Source of the DNA: Azolla caroliniana
Lineage: Eukaryota > Plantae > Polypodiophyta
Length of the DNA: 64,000 nt
Direction: 5' to 3'
Assembly (NCBI GenBank): GCA_043228905.1
Contig: JBHGNT010000004.1
Coordinates: forward strand, 14,570,001-14,634,000
Shown here: positions 13,274 to 23,239 of the stretch, in pieces
Position numbering within the stretch: the stretch's first letter is position 1
How the letters are laid out: every line of letters begins with the position of its first letter
Notes under the pieces: generated by a model
Told to the model about the DNA's origin: nothing
What the model saw: only the letters and a program-made list of their open reading frames with translations
The model's database searches: none
Made by a program: the position numbers and the translations under genes

Positions 13274-13891
13274 TGATAGGGATAGACCCTTCTATTCACC
13301 TTCTCTACTCGGCCACAACCGAGTAAGCGCGAATCGATGGAGCAGAAAATAGGAACCACACGGAGAAACAAAACGCGAGTACACAGAGATTAACGTGGAA
13401 AACCCTATACGGGAAAAACCACGGGAGTGCGAGACTCCAAACCAAAATATGCACAGAGAAATATATACAATGGCGAGCTGCAAGGCAACGACCTTGAGCT
13501 CGCTTTCTTCACCACAGGCGGCGGTATTACACAGAGGCGTCTACCTCTTCCTCTCTCGCGCTCTCTCTCTCTCTCTCTCTCTCTCACGGCTGCTCTCTCT
13601 TCACTCTTCTAAAGTGGAAAAACAGAAAAATGAGAAGCAACAGTAAAACTGTTTGCCCTAAGTCATATTTATACTTATATGACTTTGGGCTATTTACAAC
13701 TGTGGCCTCAGGAGCCCATAGCGAACATATTCACGGATATGTCCCTGCATCCGGATCGCTCTCCGGGTACATTCTTCATCCGGTACCGAAACCGGGGTCT
13801 TCGTCATCCGGATCCGAAACCGAAACCGGGCTTGTCGGCATCCATCTCAGATATCCGACCATCCCATCCGAAAGGGACCGAAATCCCAACA
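13274..13891 (-). repeat. C2 3' LTR
   Basis: TG...CA termini, copy of 18005-18622, contains a (CT)n tract. Confidence 0.96.
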
Positions 13892-13901
13892 AACTCCCCC
13901 T

Positions 13902-16900
13902 TCACTTCGGCATGGGATGTCTCTCCAATCCGATCCTCTTCCGGCATGCTTCCAGCTTGTCGGGTGTGAGGACCTTGGTCAGCATATCCGACCCGTTCTC
14001 GTCCGTGTGGATCTTTGTCAGCACGAACTCCTTGTCTTCTATCCTTTCCCGGATCCAGTGATATCTTCGCTGGATGTGCTTCGTCCGGGAGTGATAGGCC
14101 GCGTTCTTCGCAAGGTGGATTGCACTCTGACTGTCGCAGTAGAGTCGGTACTCCTCCTGCCGGATACCGAGCTCTCTAATGAAGTCCTTCATCCATATTA
14201 TTTCCTTGCCCGCTTCAACAGCTGCCATGTACTCCGCCTCCGTGGTTGACAACGCAACCGTCTTTTGCAGCCTCGACTGCCATGAAACAGCTCCCCCTGC
14301 ATACGTCATCACATACCCTGATGTGGACCGGCTGGTATCTGCATCAGCCGACATATCCGAATCGGTGAAGCCGTCGAGTTCGGGCTTACCGGAGCCGAAT
14401 CGGAGGCACACATTCGTTGTGCCCTTCAGGTATCGGAGTATCCACTTGACCGCGTTCCAATGCTCTTTGCCGGGATTGCTCATGTGCCGGCTCACCACTC
14501 CGACTGCATATCCGATGTCCGGTCTCGTACACACCATGGCGTACATCAAGCTCCCGACGGCTGAGGCATACGGCACTTTCATCATATCCTCCTTTTCAGC
14601 CTTTGTCTTGGGACTTTGCTTGCTGGACAGCTTGCAGTTTGCCGGGAGGGTCGATCCGACCGGTCTTGCTTCCGACATGTTGAACCGGTGAAGCACCTTC
14701 GTCACGTACTTCTCCTGTGACAGCCACAACTGCTTCTTCTTCCGGTCCCGGATGATGTGCATCCCTAGTATTTGCCTCGCCGGACCCAGGTCCTTCATTG
14801 AGAAGGTTCGGTGAAGAGCCTTCTTCAGCATCCGTATCTTGACCTGGTCCCGTCCGACGATCAACATGTCGTCCACGTACAGGAGGAGTATTAGAAAGTC
14901 TCCTCCTTCGAACTTCTTCACAAACACGCAGTGGTCGGACTGCGTTTTGAGGTACCCTTCGTCGGTCATGAAGGAGTCGAACTTCCGGTACCATTGCCGG
15001 GGAGCCTGCTTCAGTCCGTAAAGGCTCTTCTTCAGCCGGCATACCAGGTGCTCCTTCCCTTTCTTCTCGAATCCTTCCGGTTGCTGCATGTAGATCTCTT
15101 CTTCGAGGTCACCGTGAAGGAATGCCGTCTTCACGTCCATCTGTTCTACCTCGAGGTCCATGCTTGCCGCTATGCTCAGCACCGTCCGGATGGAGGTCAT
15201 CTTCACTACCGGGGCAAATATCTCGTCGAAGTCGACGCCCTTCTTCTGCTGAAACCCCTTCACCACGATCCTGGCTTTGTATCTCGGGGGGTTTCCGGCA
15301 TCTCCCGGTTTCAGCTTGAACACCCACTTGTTTCGAAGTGCCCGCTTTCCTTTCGGCAACTCCACAAGTTCATATGTGTGGTTCTCATGCAGGGAATCCA
15401 TCTCGTCCTGCATGGCACTCAACCACCTGCGGCTCTGGGTGTCATGCTTTGCTTCTTCAAAGCTCTCCGGCTCCCCTTCGTCGGTTAGCAGCACGTGCTC
15501 TGGTTCCGGAAATCTCCGGGGGGCCCTTCTCTCTCTTAGAGGATATCTCCGTTCCGGAGCTTCGGTAACCGGTTCTTCCGATTCTTCTTCATCCGAATCC
15601 ATTTCGGGGTCGGGGCCGGTTCCGGTATCATTTTCATCTTCTTCGGCCGGTTCTGTTTCTTCACCATCTTCGGCCGGATCCTCGAGTGCTAACCGGTCCC
15701 TTGCCGGTCGGGACTGCTCCTCGTAGAGTTGATCCTCACCGGTCGACTTGGAGCTCTTCATCTTCTTCTCCGACTCCCAGTCGGCGAGTGTCTTGTCCTC
15801 CATGAAGATGATATCTCGACTCCTGAATATCTTCTTGTCGACCGGGTCCCATACTCGGTAGCCGAACTCGTCATCGCCGTAACCGAGGAATATGCATGGC
15901 CGGGTCTTCGGATCTAGCTTTCCTCTCCGGTCCTTTGCCACATGCACGTATGCGAGACACCCGAACACCTTCAGATGCCGGTAGGATACTTCCCTACCGG
16001 TCCACACTCTCTGCGGCGTGTCTCCGTCCAAAGGTACTGAGGGTGATCGGTTTATCACATATGTCGCCGTCGACATTGCCTCAGCCCAAAACCCCTTGGG
16101 TAATTTCGCATGCGCCAGCATACTCCGAACCCTCTCCATTATGGTCCGGTTCATCCTCTCGGCCAGCCCGTTCAGTTCCGGCGTCTTCGGCACAGTAAAC
16201 TCGAGTCGGATTCCCTTCGAGCGACAGTACTCCTGGAACTGCCCCCGGTATTCCCCTCCGTTATCCGCTCGTATCGCTTTGAGCTTCTTGCCAGATTCCC
16301 TTTCCACTCTCGCGTGGAGTTCTTTGAAGACGCACAACACTTGGTCCTTTGTCTTCAACGGTGCCGTCCACAGTCTTCGGCTGTGATCATCTATGAAAGT
16401 TACGAAGTACTGGGCTCCGCCATGTGACTTCGTTTCTACCTGACACACGTCGGTGTGCACCAACTCCAATGGTGCGCTACGTCTCGTCGGTGGCCTTGAG
16501 TGGAAGGAGGTTCGGTTCTGCTTACCGGCCAGGCAATCGGTGCACTTCTCCAGGTGCACGTGCTTCACTGGAATAAGGTTGTCTTCTGCAAGCCTCTTCA
16601 TCCCCTTCTCACTCATGTGGCACAGTCTTTTGTGCCACAGCTCACCGGCAGTGTCGGCTGCCACATTCAGCTCTTCCGGACATAACCGGGCATTCATCAG
16701 GTACAGTGTGTTGACCTTCCGGGCCCGAGCCACTATCAAGCTCCCCTTGCTGAACTTCATGACACCGTTCCGGATGCTACCCGTGTAGCCTTCATCATCT
16801 AGCCTCCCGGCCGAAATCAGGTTCAGTCGGACCTCCGGGACGTGTCGGACATTCTTCAGCAGCATTTTGCATCCGGTCGGGGTTGTCAACCACACGTCTC

Positions 16901-17984
16901 CTATGCCGGCAATCCGGCACGTACCTTCGTTTCCCATCCGAACACAGCCATGCTCGCCGGCTGTGTAGGATGAGAAGTATCTTCTCTCCGGGGTCAGGTG
17001 GAACGATGCTCCGGAATCGACCACCCAGGTCGTCTCATCGCCGGCAATGTTTAGTTCACCTTCTTCGGTGATGAGCATGATCTCCTCTTCACTTGCCGCG
17101 AGTGCCATCGTTCCTTTCCGGTCCTGTCCTCGCCGATCCGAACCATTTCGGTCCGTGGCTCCCCGGTATGCACCGTTTCTCTCCGGTGACTTCTTCGAAT
17201 CGGTGTTGTCGGTTCCATTGTCCTTTCGGTAATGCCGACAATTCTTTCGGAAGTGCCCCGGCTTCCCACAGTGGAAGCATGTGGGCCTTCCTCTTGACTG
17301 CGACCGGGTCCCCGACTTCTCCCGTCTTTGCGGACTCCGGTTCCATTGTCTTCCCCGATCCGATTCGGTAAACAACATCTTCGGGTCGGAGGCCGGTTCC
17401 TTATCTCTCCGACGCGCTTCTTCATTCAAAATACTTGTCTTTACCGTTTGTAAGGACAAGTTATCTTCGGTGCACGAGGTGCTGAGAGTCACCACCAAGT
17501 TCTCCCAGCTTTCCGGCAATGTACACATCAGGATGATGGCTTGCATTGCATCCTCCAACGGGAACTTGATCGCCGCAAGCTGATTCACGAATCCCATGAA
17601 CGTGCTTACGTGTTCCACCATACTCTCGCCGTCCCGGTACTTGAGGTTCACTATTTTCCTCATCAGGGAGGTCCGGTTCAACGTATTCTTCCTCTCGTAG
17701 AGGCCCGACAGCTTCTTCGACATCTCATATGCGTTGGTGTCGTTCGCCACATGTTGTAGGACGCTTACATCGACATATTGTCGGATCGTCGCTACGGCTT
17801 TCCGGTTCAGGAGCTTCCACTCCGACTCAAGTACCCCCTTCGGTATTTCCGACCTGTCAATCGGTTCGTACAGGTCCCGAACAATCAGAAGATCCTCCAT
17901 CTTGATCTTCCAGTCGGCGTAATTCTGTGCATTCAGCACCATCATCATCGGCTGCCCGCTGCCGCCGCCTTCCATTTTCTGCAA
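13902..17984 (-). CDS. gag-pol: C2 Copia polyprotein Gag-PR-IN-RT-RH, 1360 aa
   Basis: CFHCGKPGHFRKNC, WVVDSGASFH, LWHKRLCH, LVHTD...DNGGEY...NGLAERMN, YKARIVVKG, LLYVDDML, FTDSD, TKHI. Confidence 0.97.
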   Translation of the reverse strand: MQKMEGGGSGQPMMMVLNAQNYADWKIKMEDLLIVRDLYEPIDRSEIPKGVLESEWKLLNRKAVATIRQYVDVSVLQHVANDTNAYEMSKKLSGLYERKNTLNRTSLMRKIVNLKYRDGESMVEHVSTFMGFVNQLAAIKFPLEDAMQAIILMCTLPESWENLVVTLSTSCTEDNLSLQTVKTSILNEEARRRDKEPASDPKMLFTESDRGRQWNRSPQRREKSGTRSQSRGRPTCFHCGKPGHFRKNCRHYRKDNGTDNTDSKKSPERNGAYRGATDRNGSDRRGQDRKGTMALAASEEEIMLITEEGELNIAGDETTWVVDSGASFHLTPERRYFSSYTAGEHGCVRMGNEGTCRIAGIGDVWLTTPTGCKMLLKNVRHVPEVRLNLISAGRLDDEGYTGSIRNGVMKFSKGSLIVARARKVNTLYLMNARLCPEELNVAADTAGELWHKRLCHMSEKGMKRLAEDNLIPVKHVHLEKCTDCLAGKQNRTSFHSRPPTRRSAPLELVHTDVCQVETKSHGGAQYFVTFIDDHSRRLWTAPLKTKDQVLCVFKELHARVERESGKKLKAIRADNGGEYRGQFQEYCRSKGIRLEFTVPKTPELNGLAERMNRTIMERVRSMLAHAKLPKGFWAEAMSTATYVINRSPSVPLDGDTPQRVWTGREVSYRHLKVFGCLAYVHVAKDRRGKLDPKTRPCIFLGYGDDEFGYRVWDPVDKKIFRSRDIIFMEDKTLADWESEKKMKSSKSTGEDQLYEEQSRPARDRLALEDPAEDGEETEPAEEDENDTGTGPDPEMDSDEEESEEPVTEAPERRYPLRERRAPRRFPEPEHVLLTDEGEPESFEEAKHDTQSRRWLSAMQDEMDSLHENHTYELVELPKGKRALRNKWVFKLKPGDAGNPPRYKARIVVKGFQQKKGVDFDEIFAPVVKMTSIRTVLSIAASMDLEVEQMDVKTAFLHGDLEEEIYMQQPEGFEKKGKEHLVCRLKKSLYGLKQAPRQWYRKFDSFMTDEGYLKTQSDHCVFVKKFEGGDFLILLLYVDDMLIVGRDQVKIRMLKKALHRTFSMKDLGPARQILGMHIIRDRKKKQLWLSQEKYVTKVLHRFNMSEARPVGSTLPANCKLSSKQSPKTKAEKEDMMKVPYASAVGSLMYAMVCTRPDIGYAVGVVSRHMSNPGKEHWNAVKWILRYLKGTTNVCLRFGSGKPELDGFTDSDMSADADTSRSTSGYVMTYAGGAVSWQSRLQKTVALSTTEAEYMAAVEAGKEIIWMKDFIRELGIRQEEYRLYCDSQSAIHLAKNAAYHSRTKHIQRRYHWIRERIEDKEFVLTKIHTDENGSDMLTKVLTPDKLEACRKRIGLERHPMPK

Positions 17985-18004
17985 CAGTCGCTCTGATACC
18001 AGTT

Positions 18005-18622
18005 TGATAGGGATAGACCCTTCTATTCACCTTCTCTACTCGGCCACAACCGAGTAAGCGCGAATCGATGGAGCAGAAAATAGGAACCACACGGAGAAAC
18101 AAAACGCGAGTACACAGAGATTAACGTGGAAAACCCTATACGGGAAAAACCACGGGAGTGCGAGACTCCAAACCAAAATATGCACAGAGAAATATATACA
18201 ATGGCGAGCTGCAAGGCAACGACCTTGAGCTCGCTTTCTTCACCACAGGCGGCGGTATTACACAGAGGCGTCTACCTCTTCCTCTCTCGCGCTCTCTCTC
18301 TCTCTCTCTCTCTCTCACGGCTGCTCTCTCTTCACTCTTCTAAAGTGGAAAAACAGAAAAATGAGAAGCAACAGTAAAACTGTTTGCCCTAAGTCATATT
18401 TATACTTATATGACTTTGGGCTATTTACAACTGTGGCCTCAGGAGCCCATAGCGAACATATTCACGGATATGTCCCTGCATCCGGATCGCTCTCCGGGTA
18501 CATTCTTCATCCGGTACCGAAACCGGGGTCTTCGTCATCCGGATCCGAAACCGAAACCGGGCTTGTCGGCATCCATCTCAGATATCCGACCATCCCATCC
18601 GAAAGGGACCGAAATCCCAACA
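18005..18622 (-). repeat. C2 5' LTR
   Basis: Adjacent to the iMet PBS, copy of 13274-13891. Confidence 0.96.
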
Positions 18623-20460
18623 ACTTGTTGTATGTCCGCGACTTCCGCGTCTACCATGTTCACCGCCGGTCATTTGTCGTAGCTCTTCGCCGGACATTGA
18701 TTACTATAGTGGCCTTCTTACCGGCAATAATAGCAGTATGGCTTCTGGGTGTTGTTGGACTTGGCGTGTGTGCTTGGTTGAGGTCCTGTGGTAAGTGCTT
18801 GGTTTTGGTCCGGTTGGCTACTTGGAGTGCCCTTTTCCGGTTCCCGTGGATGACCCCCCTTTTTGTTGAAAAGGCGTTTCTTGTTGAAATTCTTTTTGTT
18901 GCGGTAACCTTGACGGGGCTGGTCGTCATACTTGCCATAGTCGTCCCGTCGTTGGTTGTACCCCGGGGAGTGCTCCCGGTTGTATCTCTCGTACCGTCCA
19001 TTATAGTCCCGATATCTATCCTGTCTGTCATACCGGTCATAAGCGTCTCTTTGATCGCTATACCAGACATCTTTTGCCGGCCGGTAGCGCTCCTCTCGCC
19101 GCCATCGTTCTTCTTCTTCTTCCTGATTGCTTCATGGTTCAATTTGCCGAACCGGTAGTGCTTGCCGATTTAACAAGTTATACTCACACCGTTCCATTGT
19201 GTGGCTTCTGGAGTGGCAGATCAAGCATTGGGAACACATGGTGCATTCCAGCGCCGGATGTCCGGCATTCAAGCATGTCGTACATTGAATTGCTTGCCGG
19301 AAACGGAGGTCCTCATCTGTCGATAGTGCACGCTGAAGTGCACCCATGGTTAGCCATGAACTTGAGTTTTCCATTTCCCGAACTCGGTGAATCACTTGAT
19401 CTATGCTGCTGGTGCGGAAGTCAATGATGGTGCACACCGTTCGTAAGGGTTCCCGGAGTGCTGCTAAGAATATGGCCTTTGTTTCTTCCTCCGGTGGTGT
19501 CCAACTAAGCTAGCTGTGGATGAGCTGGAACCGGATGACAAACTGTTGAATGTTCTCCGTTGGTTCCTGTCGGATATTGTAAAATAAGCCTACCATTTCC
19601 CGTTGGTCCATCTCCTTGTGAAAGAAATGCAAGAATTTTGTTTTTAATGTTTCAAATGTGGGGATGGTGCTGGGATCTTGTGTTCGGTGCCATCTAGCGG
19701 CCGGTCCCTCCAGGGTCATGTCGAACTCTGCCCTTTTTGAGCATTCCTCTTCGGCTGCATTTAAGCGTTGGGACACATGGTTTGCCTCCCAGGTCTGTTG
19801 AAAGACATGGACGTGGGCTTCCGCGTCAGGATCATCCCGATATCTTGGATATTGGAACGACATATCGTCGTCTGGTGTCGGTACGCGGGCTGGTGGTGTC
19901 GGTGGTCTTTCCTCCTCCTCTATCGGCGTCAGAGGTCTATCCTGCTCCTCTATCGGTGTTGGAGGTATCTTCTCCGCGACTTCCGGTGTCGGAGGTCTCT
20001 CGTCCTCGACTTCTGGTTCTGGTTCCGGAGTGTGCTCGACTTCTGGTGTCGGAGGTTCTAGCGTTGTCAATTCTAGTTCTGGTGTCGGCAAGGTATCCGA
20101 CTCCTTGTCCTCCGGTCCGTCTAGGGTGTCGTTACTACTGTGGTAGTTCATCTGCGCGCTGTATTCCCTGTCCGAACCCGATTTAAACGCCGAAAATTCT
20201 TCGGATTCGCCTTCACCCGCTACCAATGCCTGGAGAAGGGATTCCGCTTCCCGGAGGCTGCTTAGGCTTCTTCCTTCGTCCGGGTAGTCGTTTTGTTGTA
20301 AACGAAGTGACTCCTTGGCCACTCTCCGGACCACTTTGGAAAATGAGCGATCTGCTCTGATTTCTTCTGCCGCTTGATGGAAAGCCTCTCACTTCCTCAG
20401 TCGTTCAGCAAGTCTCCTTGATCGCTCTGCAACCGGGTCGTTCGTTGGTCGCATCATCCA
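18623..20460 (-). pseudogene. gag: G2 gag, fragmented, with a Pro/Thr/Glu-repeat N-terminal region and Cys/His knuckles
   Basis: ORFs 19510-20334 (PPTPEVE repeats, LEGPAARW) and 19132-19437 (CTTCLNAGHPALEC...CLICHSRSHTMERC); homologous to G3 gag 58561-59733. Confidence 0.8.
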
Positions 20461-20510
20461 TTCCCGCCGCTATTCGCTGCGATTGTGCAGGAATCGTGGT
20501 TGCCAAAAAC

Positions 20511-20943
20511 TGTGTTAATCCTTAGGGCTAGACAATGGCCTAACACAGGGTGTCTACGGAAGACACTTCACCAAAGGGGTGTTATGGCAAGATAACTTAA
20601 GACAAAACGATTAATCAGACTTAATTGGCTACTTAGCAATATGACATTAACTTAATACACGCTTAAGATATAACAATTAATACAGAACGATAATGAATAC
20701 GTGAAGATAAAACAAGAAGCTTATATTAATTCTCCGTTAAAGTTTTACATTGTAACCGGGCCTTTATATAGGTCATCGGTGCTGCGTACAAAACGGTGCC
20801 AACCGGCACCTGTTCGGAACCGGTCCGGATCCAGATTGGCATACCGATTCCGGTCCGTCTGTTCACTACTTAATTATAGTCTATTCCGAGTAACCATTCC
20901 CTTTCACATTTTGGTCTTTAACTCTTTTTCCGGCCAGGTAACA
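20511..20943 (-). repeat. G2 5' LTR (unpaired in this window)
   Basis: On - it starts TGTTACCTGG and ends ...TAACACA, is followed by the PBS, and contains TATA-like CCTATATAAAG. Confidence 0.78.
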
Positions 20944-22511
20944 CCAGGTATGATAGTTCTAAACTCACAGAACTATGCAGATTGGAAGATAAAGATGGAA
21001 GACCTTCTCATCGTGAAAGACCTGTATGAGCTAGTCGATAGAGCAGATATACCCAGGGGGGTATTGCAGTCGGATTGGAAACTTCTAAATAGAAAGGCAG
21101 TGGCCACCATCAGACAATGTGTCGACGTAAGTGTCCTTCAACATGTGGCGAACGATACAAATGCCCACGAGATGTGGTAGAAGTTGTCGGGTCTGTATGA
21201 GAGGAAGAATGCACTCAATAAAACCTCGCTAATGAGAAAAATTGTAAGGCTGAAATACACAGACGATGAGAGCATCATTGAACACATCAGCACGTTCATG
21301 GGGTATGTAAATCAACTTGTTGCGACCAAGGTTCCCTTGGATGATGCAATGCAGGCCATCCAGCTGATGTGCACACTGCCGGACAACTGGGAGAACCTAG
21401 TGGTTACTCTCAACACCTCCTGTCAAGACGAGAACTTGTCTTTACAGACGGTGAAGAAGAGGATCCTAAATGAGGAGGCCAGGAGGAAGGACAAAGGAGT
21501 CCTGTCCCAGTCGGAGTCGAATGTAACACAACATTCGGATAGAGGAAGGAACCGACAAAGAAGTCCACCAAGGTGAAAAAAGTCCCAACCCAGATCGAAG
21601 TCCAGAGGTAAGCTAGTGTGCTTTTACTATGGTAAACCTGGACACTTCCAAAAGGACTACCGACACATGAGAAAAGACAAGGGTGTCGGAAACAATGTCG
21701 AACCCAGGAAGATTCCTAATGAGAAGAACACTTCTACCATTGCTACGAGCAATTAAGAACTGTTGTTCATCTGTGAACAGAAAAGTGCAAATCTTACAAG
21801 TGAAGAATGCACTTGGGTGATCAATTCCGGGGCATCGTTCCACATAACTCCGTCGAGAGAGTATTTCTCGACTTACATAGCCAGAGATCACAGTTATGTG
21901 AAAATGGGTGATAGTGGAGAGTGCAAGATAGCCAGAGTCAGAAGTGTTCGCTTGACGACGTCGACATAGTGTCGACTGACTCTGAAGGATGTTTGACATG
22001 TCCCCGACATCAGATTGAATCTGATATCGACTAGATGGCTAGATGACGAAGGCTATAGTGGTAGCTTTTGGAATGGCAAGTGGAAGTTCTGCCGAGGAAA
22101 TCTTATAGTGGCCAGAGCACAGAAAGAAGACACATTATATATGATGCATGCACGACTGTGCAAATCGGAAGTAAATGTGGCAACCGGCTCGGCAAGGCAA
22201 ATATGGAATAAGAGGCTAGGCCACATGAGTGAGAAGGGAATGCACCTACTAGCAGACAAGAAACTTCTACCATAAGTCAAGGGAGTGCACCTAGAAAAGT
22301 GCGTCGACTGCTTAGTCGGAAAGCAGAATAGAGCAACATTCCACGCAAGACCACCGAGGAGAAGAGAAGTGCCACTAGAACTAGTACACACAGACTTGTG
22401 CTATGTGGATACTCCATCGTATCGAGGTGGAGAGTACTTTGTGACGTTCATTGATGACTATAGTCGGAAGACATGGGCCTTCTTATTGAAGTCGACGGAT
22501 CAAGTATTGTC
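20944..22511 (+). pseudogene. gag-pol: Copia C1 internal region, part 1 (gag-PR-start of IN)
   Basis: MIVLNSQNYADWKIKMEDLL..., WVINSGASFH, LELVHTD...FIDDYSRK...DQVLS. Cut by G3 and resumes at 60412. Confidence 0.9.
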
Positions 22512-22949
22512 TGTTGTTCAGTCGATAATAACTATTGCCGACACAGTATAGGTCGAACGTTGCTCACCAAACGTTCTATCAATGAATTGTGGTTTAGACG
22601 AATAGATGCTAAAATGGTTGTAAACTTATCGATGTTCAGCAGGCATCGAGATCGCTATTTACGTAAAAAGTTATGGCAGAAAGGAAATAGATTGACAGAG
22701 CGTTTCGTACACAGAGATTTCCTAAACTAACTTTATATTACTAAATAAAACGATGTTTCTTTACATTGCCTTTGGTTCCTTTTATAGGCAACCGGAAGGA
22801 CTTCCTCATCGATCCTCTAACTAACTATAATTCCGGTTTTTGATTTACTACGGCAAATGTTGACTCATCGATCCTCTATACCAATCCGACTCCACCTCTG
22901 AACCTTCTACATTTCCAACTCTAACACTTCTCCACTTCTCCGGGTAACA
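22512..22949 (-). repeat. G3 3' LTR
   Basis: Aligns with 59939-60411 apart from a ~35-bp indel; TATA-like CCTATAAAAG on -. Confidence 0.92.
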
Positions 22950-22992
22950 CTTGGCACGCCCGTGGGCCAAGGCCTTGCCCGGTGAACCCACG
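22950..22992 (-). other. tRNA 3'-end-like sequence (inverted PBS) at the position normally held by the PPT of G3
   Basis: On - it reads CGTGGGTTCA-CCGGGCAAGGCCTTGG-CCCACGGGCGTGCCA-AG|TG(LTR), with 12 nt perfectly complementary to the G3 PBS region. Confidence 0.8.
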
Positions 22993-23239
22993 CTACCCCT
23001 TCTACTCCTGTTCTTCTGACGGAAGGTCCTCATCTAACTCGTCCTCCGCGTCATCCTATAGAATATTGAACAATGAAGGTTCCGGTTGGTGCATGTCTTA
23101 TTCGTCTTCGTCTTCGGTTTTTGTAACCATGTTGTCGATGGTCTTGGTTTCTTTGTTTCCGGTGCTCCAAGTCCAACAGTCTAGTTTCGCCTTTCAGATT
23201 CAAGGTTATCTAGCTGGATAGCTGTGTCATCATTGACGA

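Larger units (their letters stand above)
13274..18622 (-). mobile_element. Copia C2 (Tnt1/Tork-like), intact, very recent insertion
   Basis: 618-bp LTRs 13274-13891 and 18005-18622 with no difference I could see, TSD ACTTG (13269-13273, 18623-18627), PBS TGGTATCAGAGC (iMet) 17990-18001, PPT TGAAGGGGGAG, one uninterrupted ORF. Confidence 0.97.
8606..20943 (-). mobile_element. Gypsy G2 (non-chromovirus type), degenerate, 3' LTR absent from this position, interrupted by C2
   Basis: 5' LTR 20511-20943, PBS TGGCAACCAC (20496-20505, -), gag ~20460-18623, PR IVDGGS, RT FLDD, RH YYANRKLSQAERNYSTTERE, IN FQKWGLDFVGP, GPY motif. Inserted in C1 gag next to CCAGG (20944-20948). Confidence 0.9.

Noticed and set aside
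13548-13600. (CT)n, (CA)n and (AAT)n tracts
   Set aside because: Ordinary microsatellites inside LTRs.
13917-17996. Many 60-185 aa ORFs antisense to or overlapping the C2 polyprotein (similarly within C4, C5, C6 and G5)
   Set aside because: Shadow ORFs expected in GC-rich coding sequence, with no recognisable domains.
18361-19158. 265-aa hydrophobic ORF on + (possible env-like protein)
   Set aside because: It spans the C2 LTR/G2 junction and is the antisense of a charged low-complexity part of G2 gag.
20701-21180. 159-aa ORF as a novel fusion gene
   Set aside because: Chance read-through from the reverse strand of the G2 LTR into C1 gag, which has a stop at ~21180.
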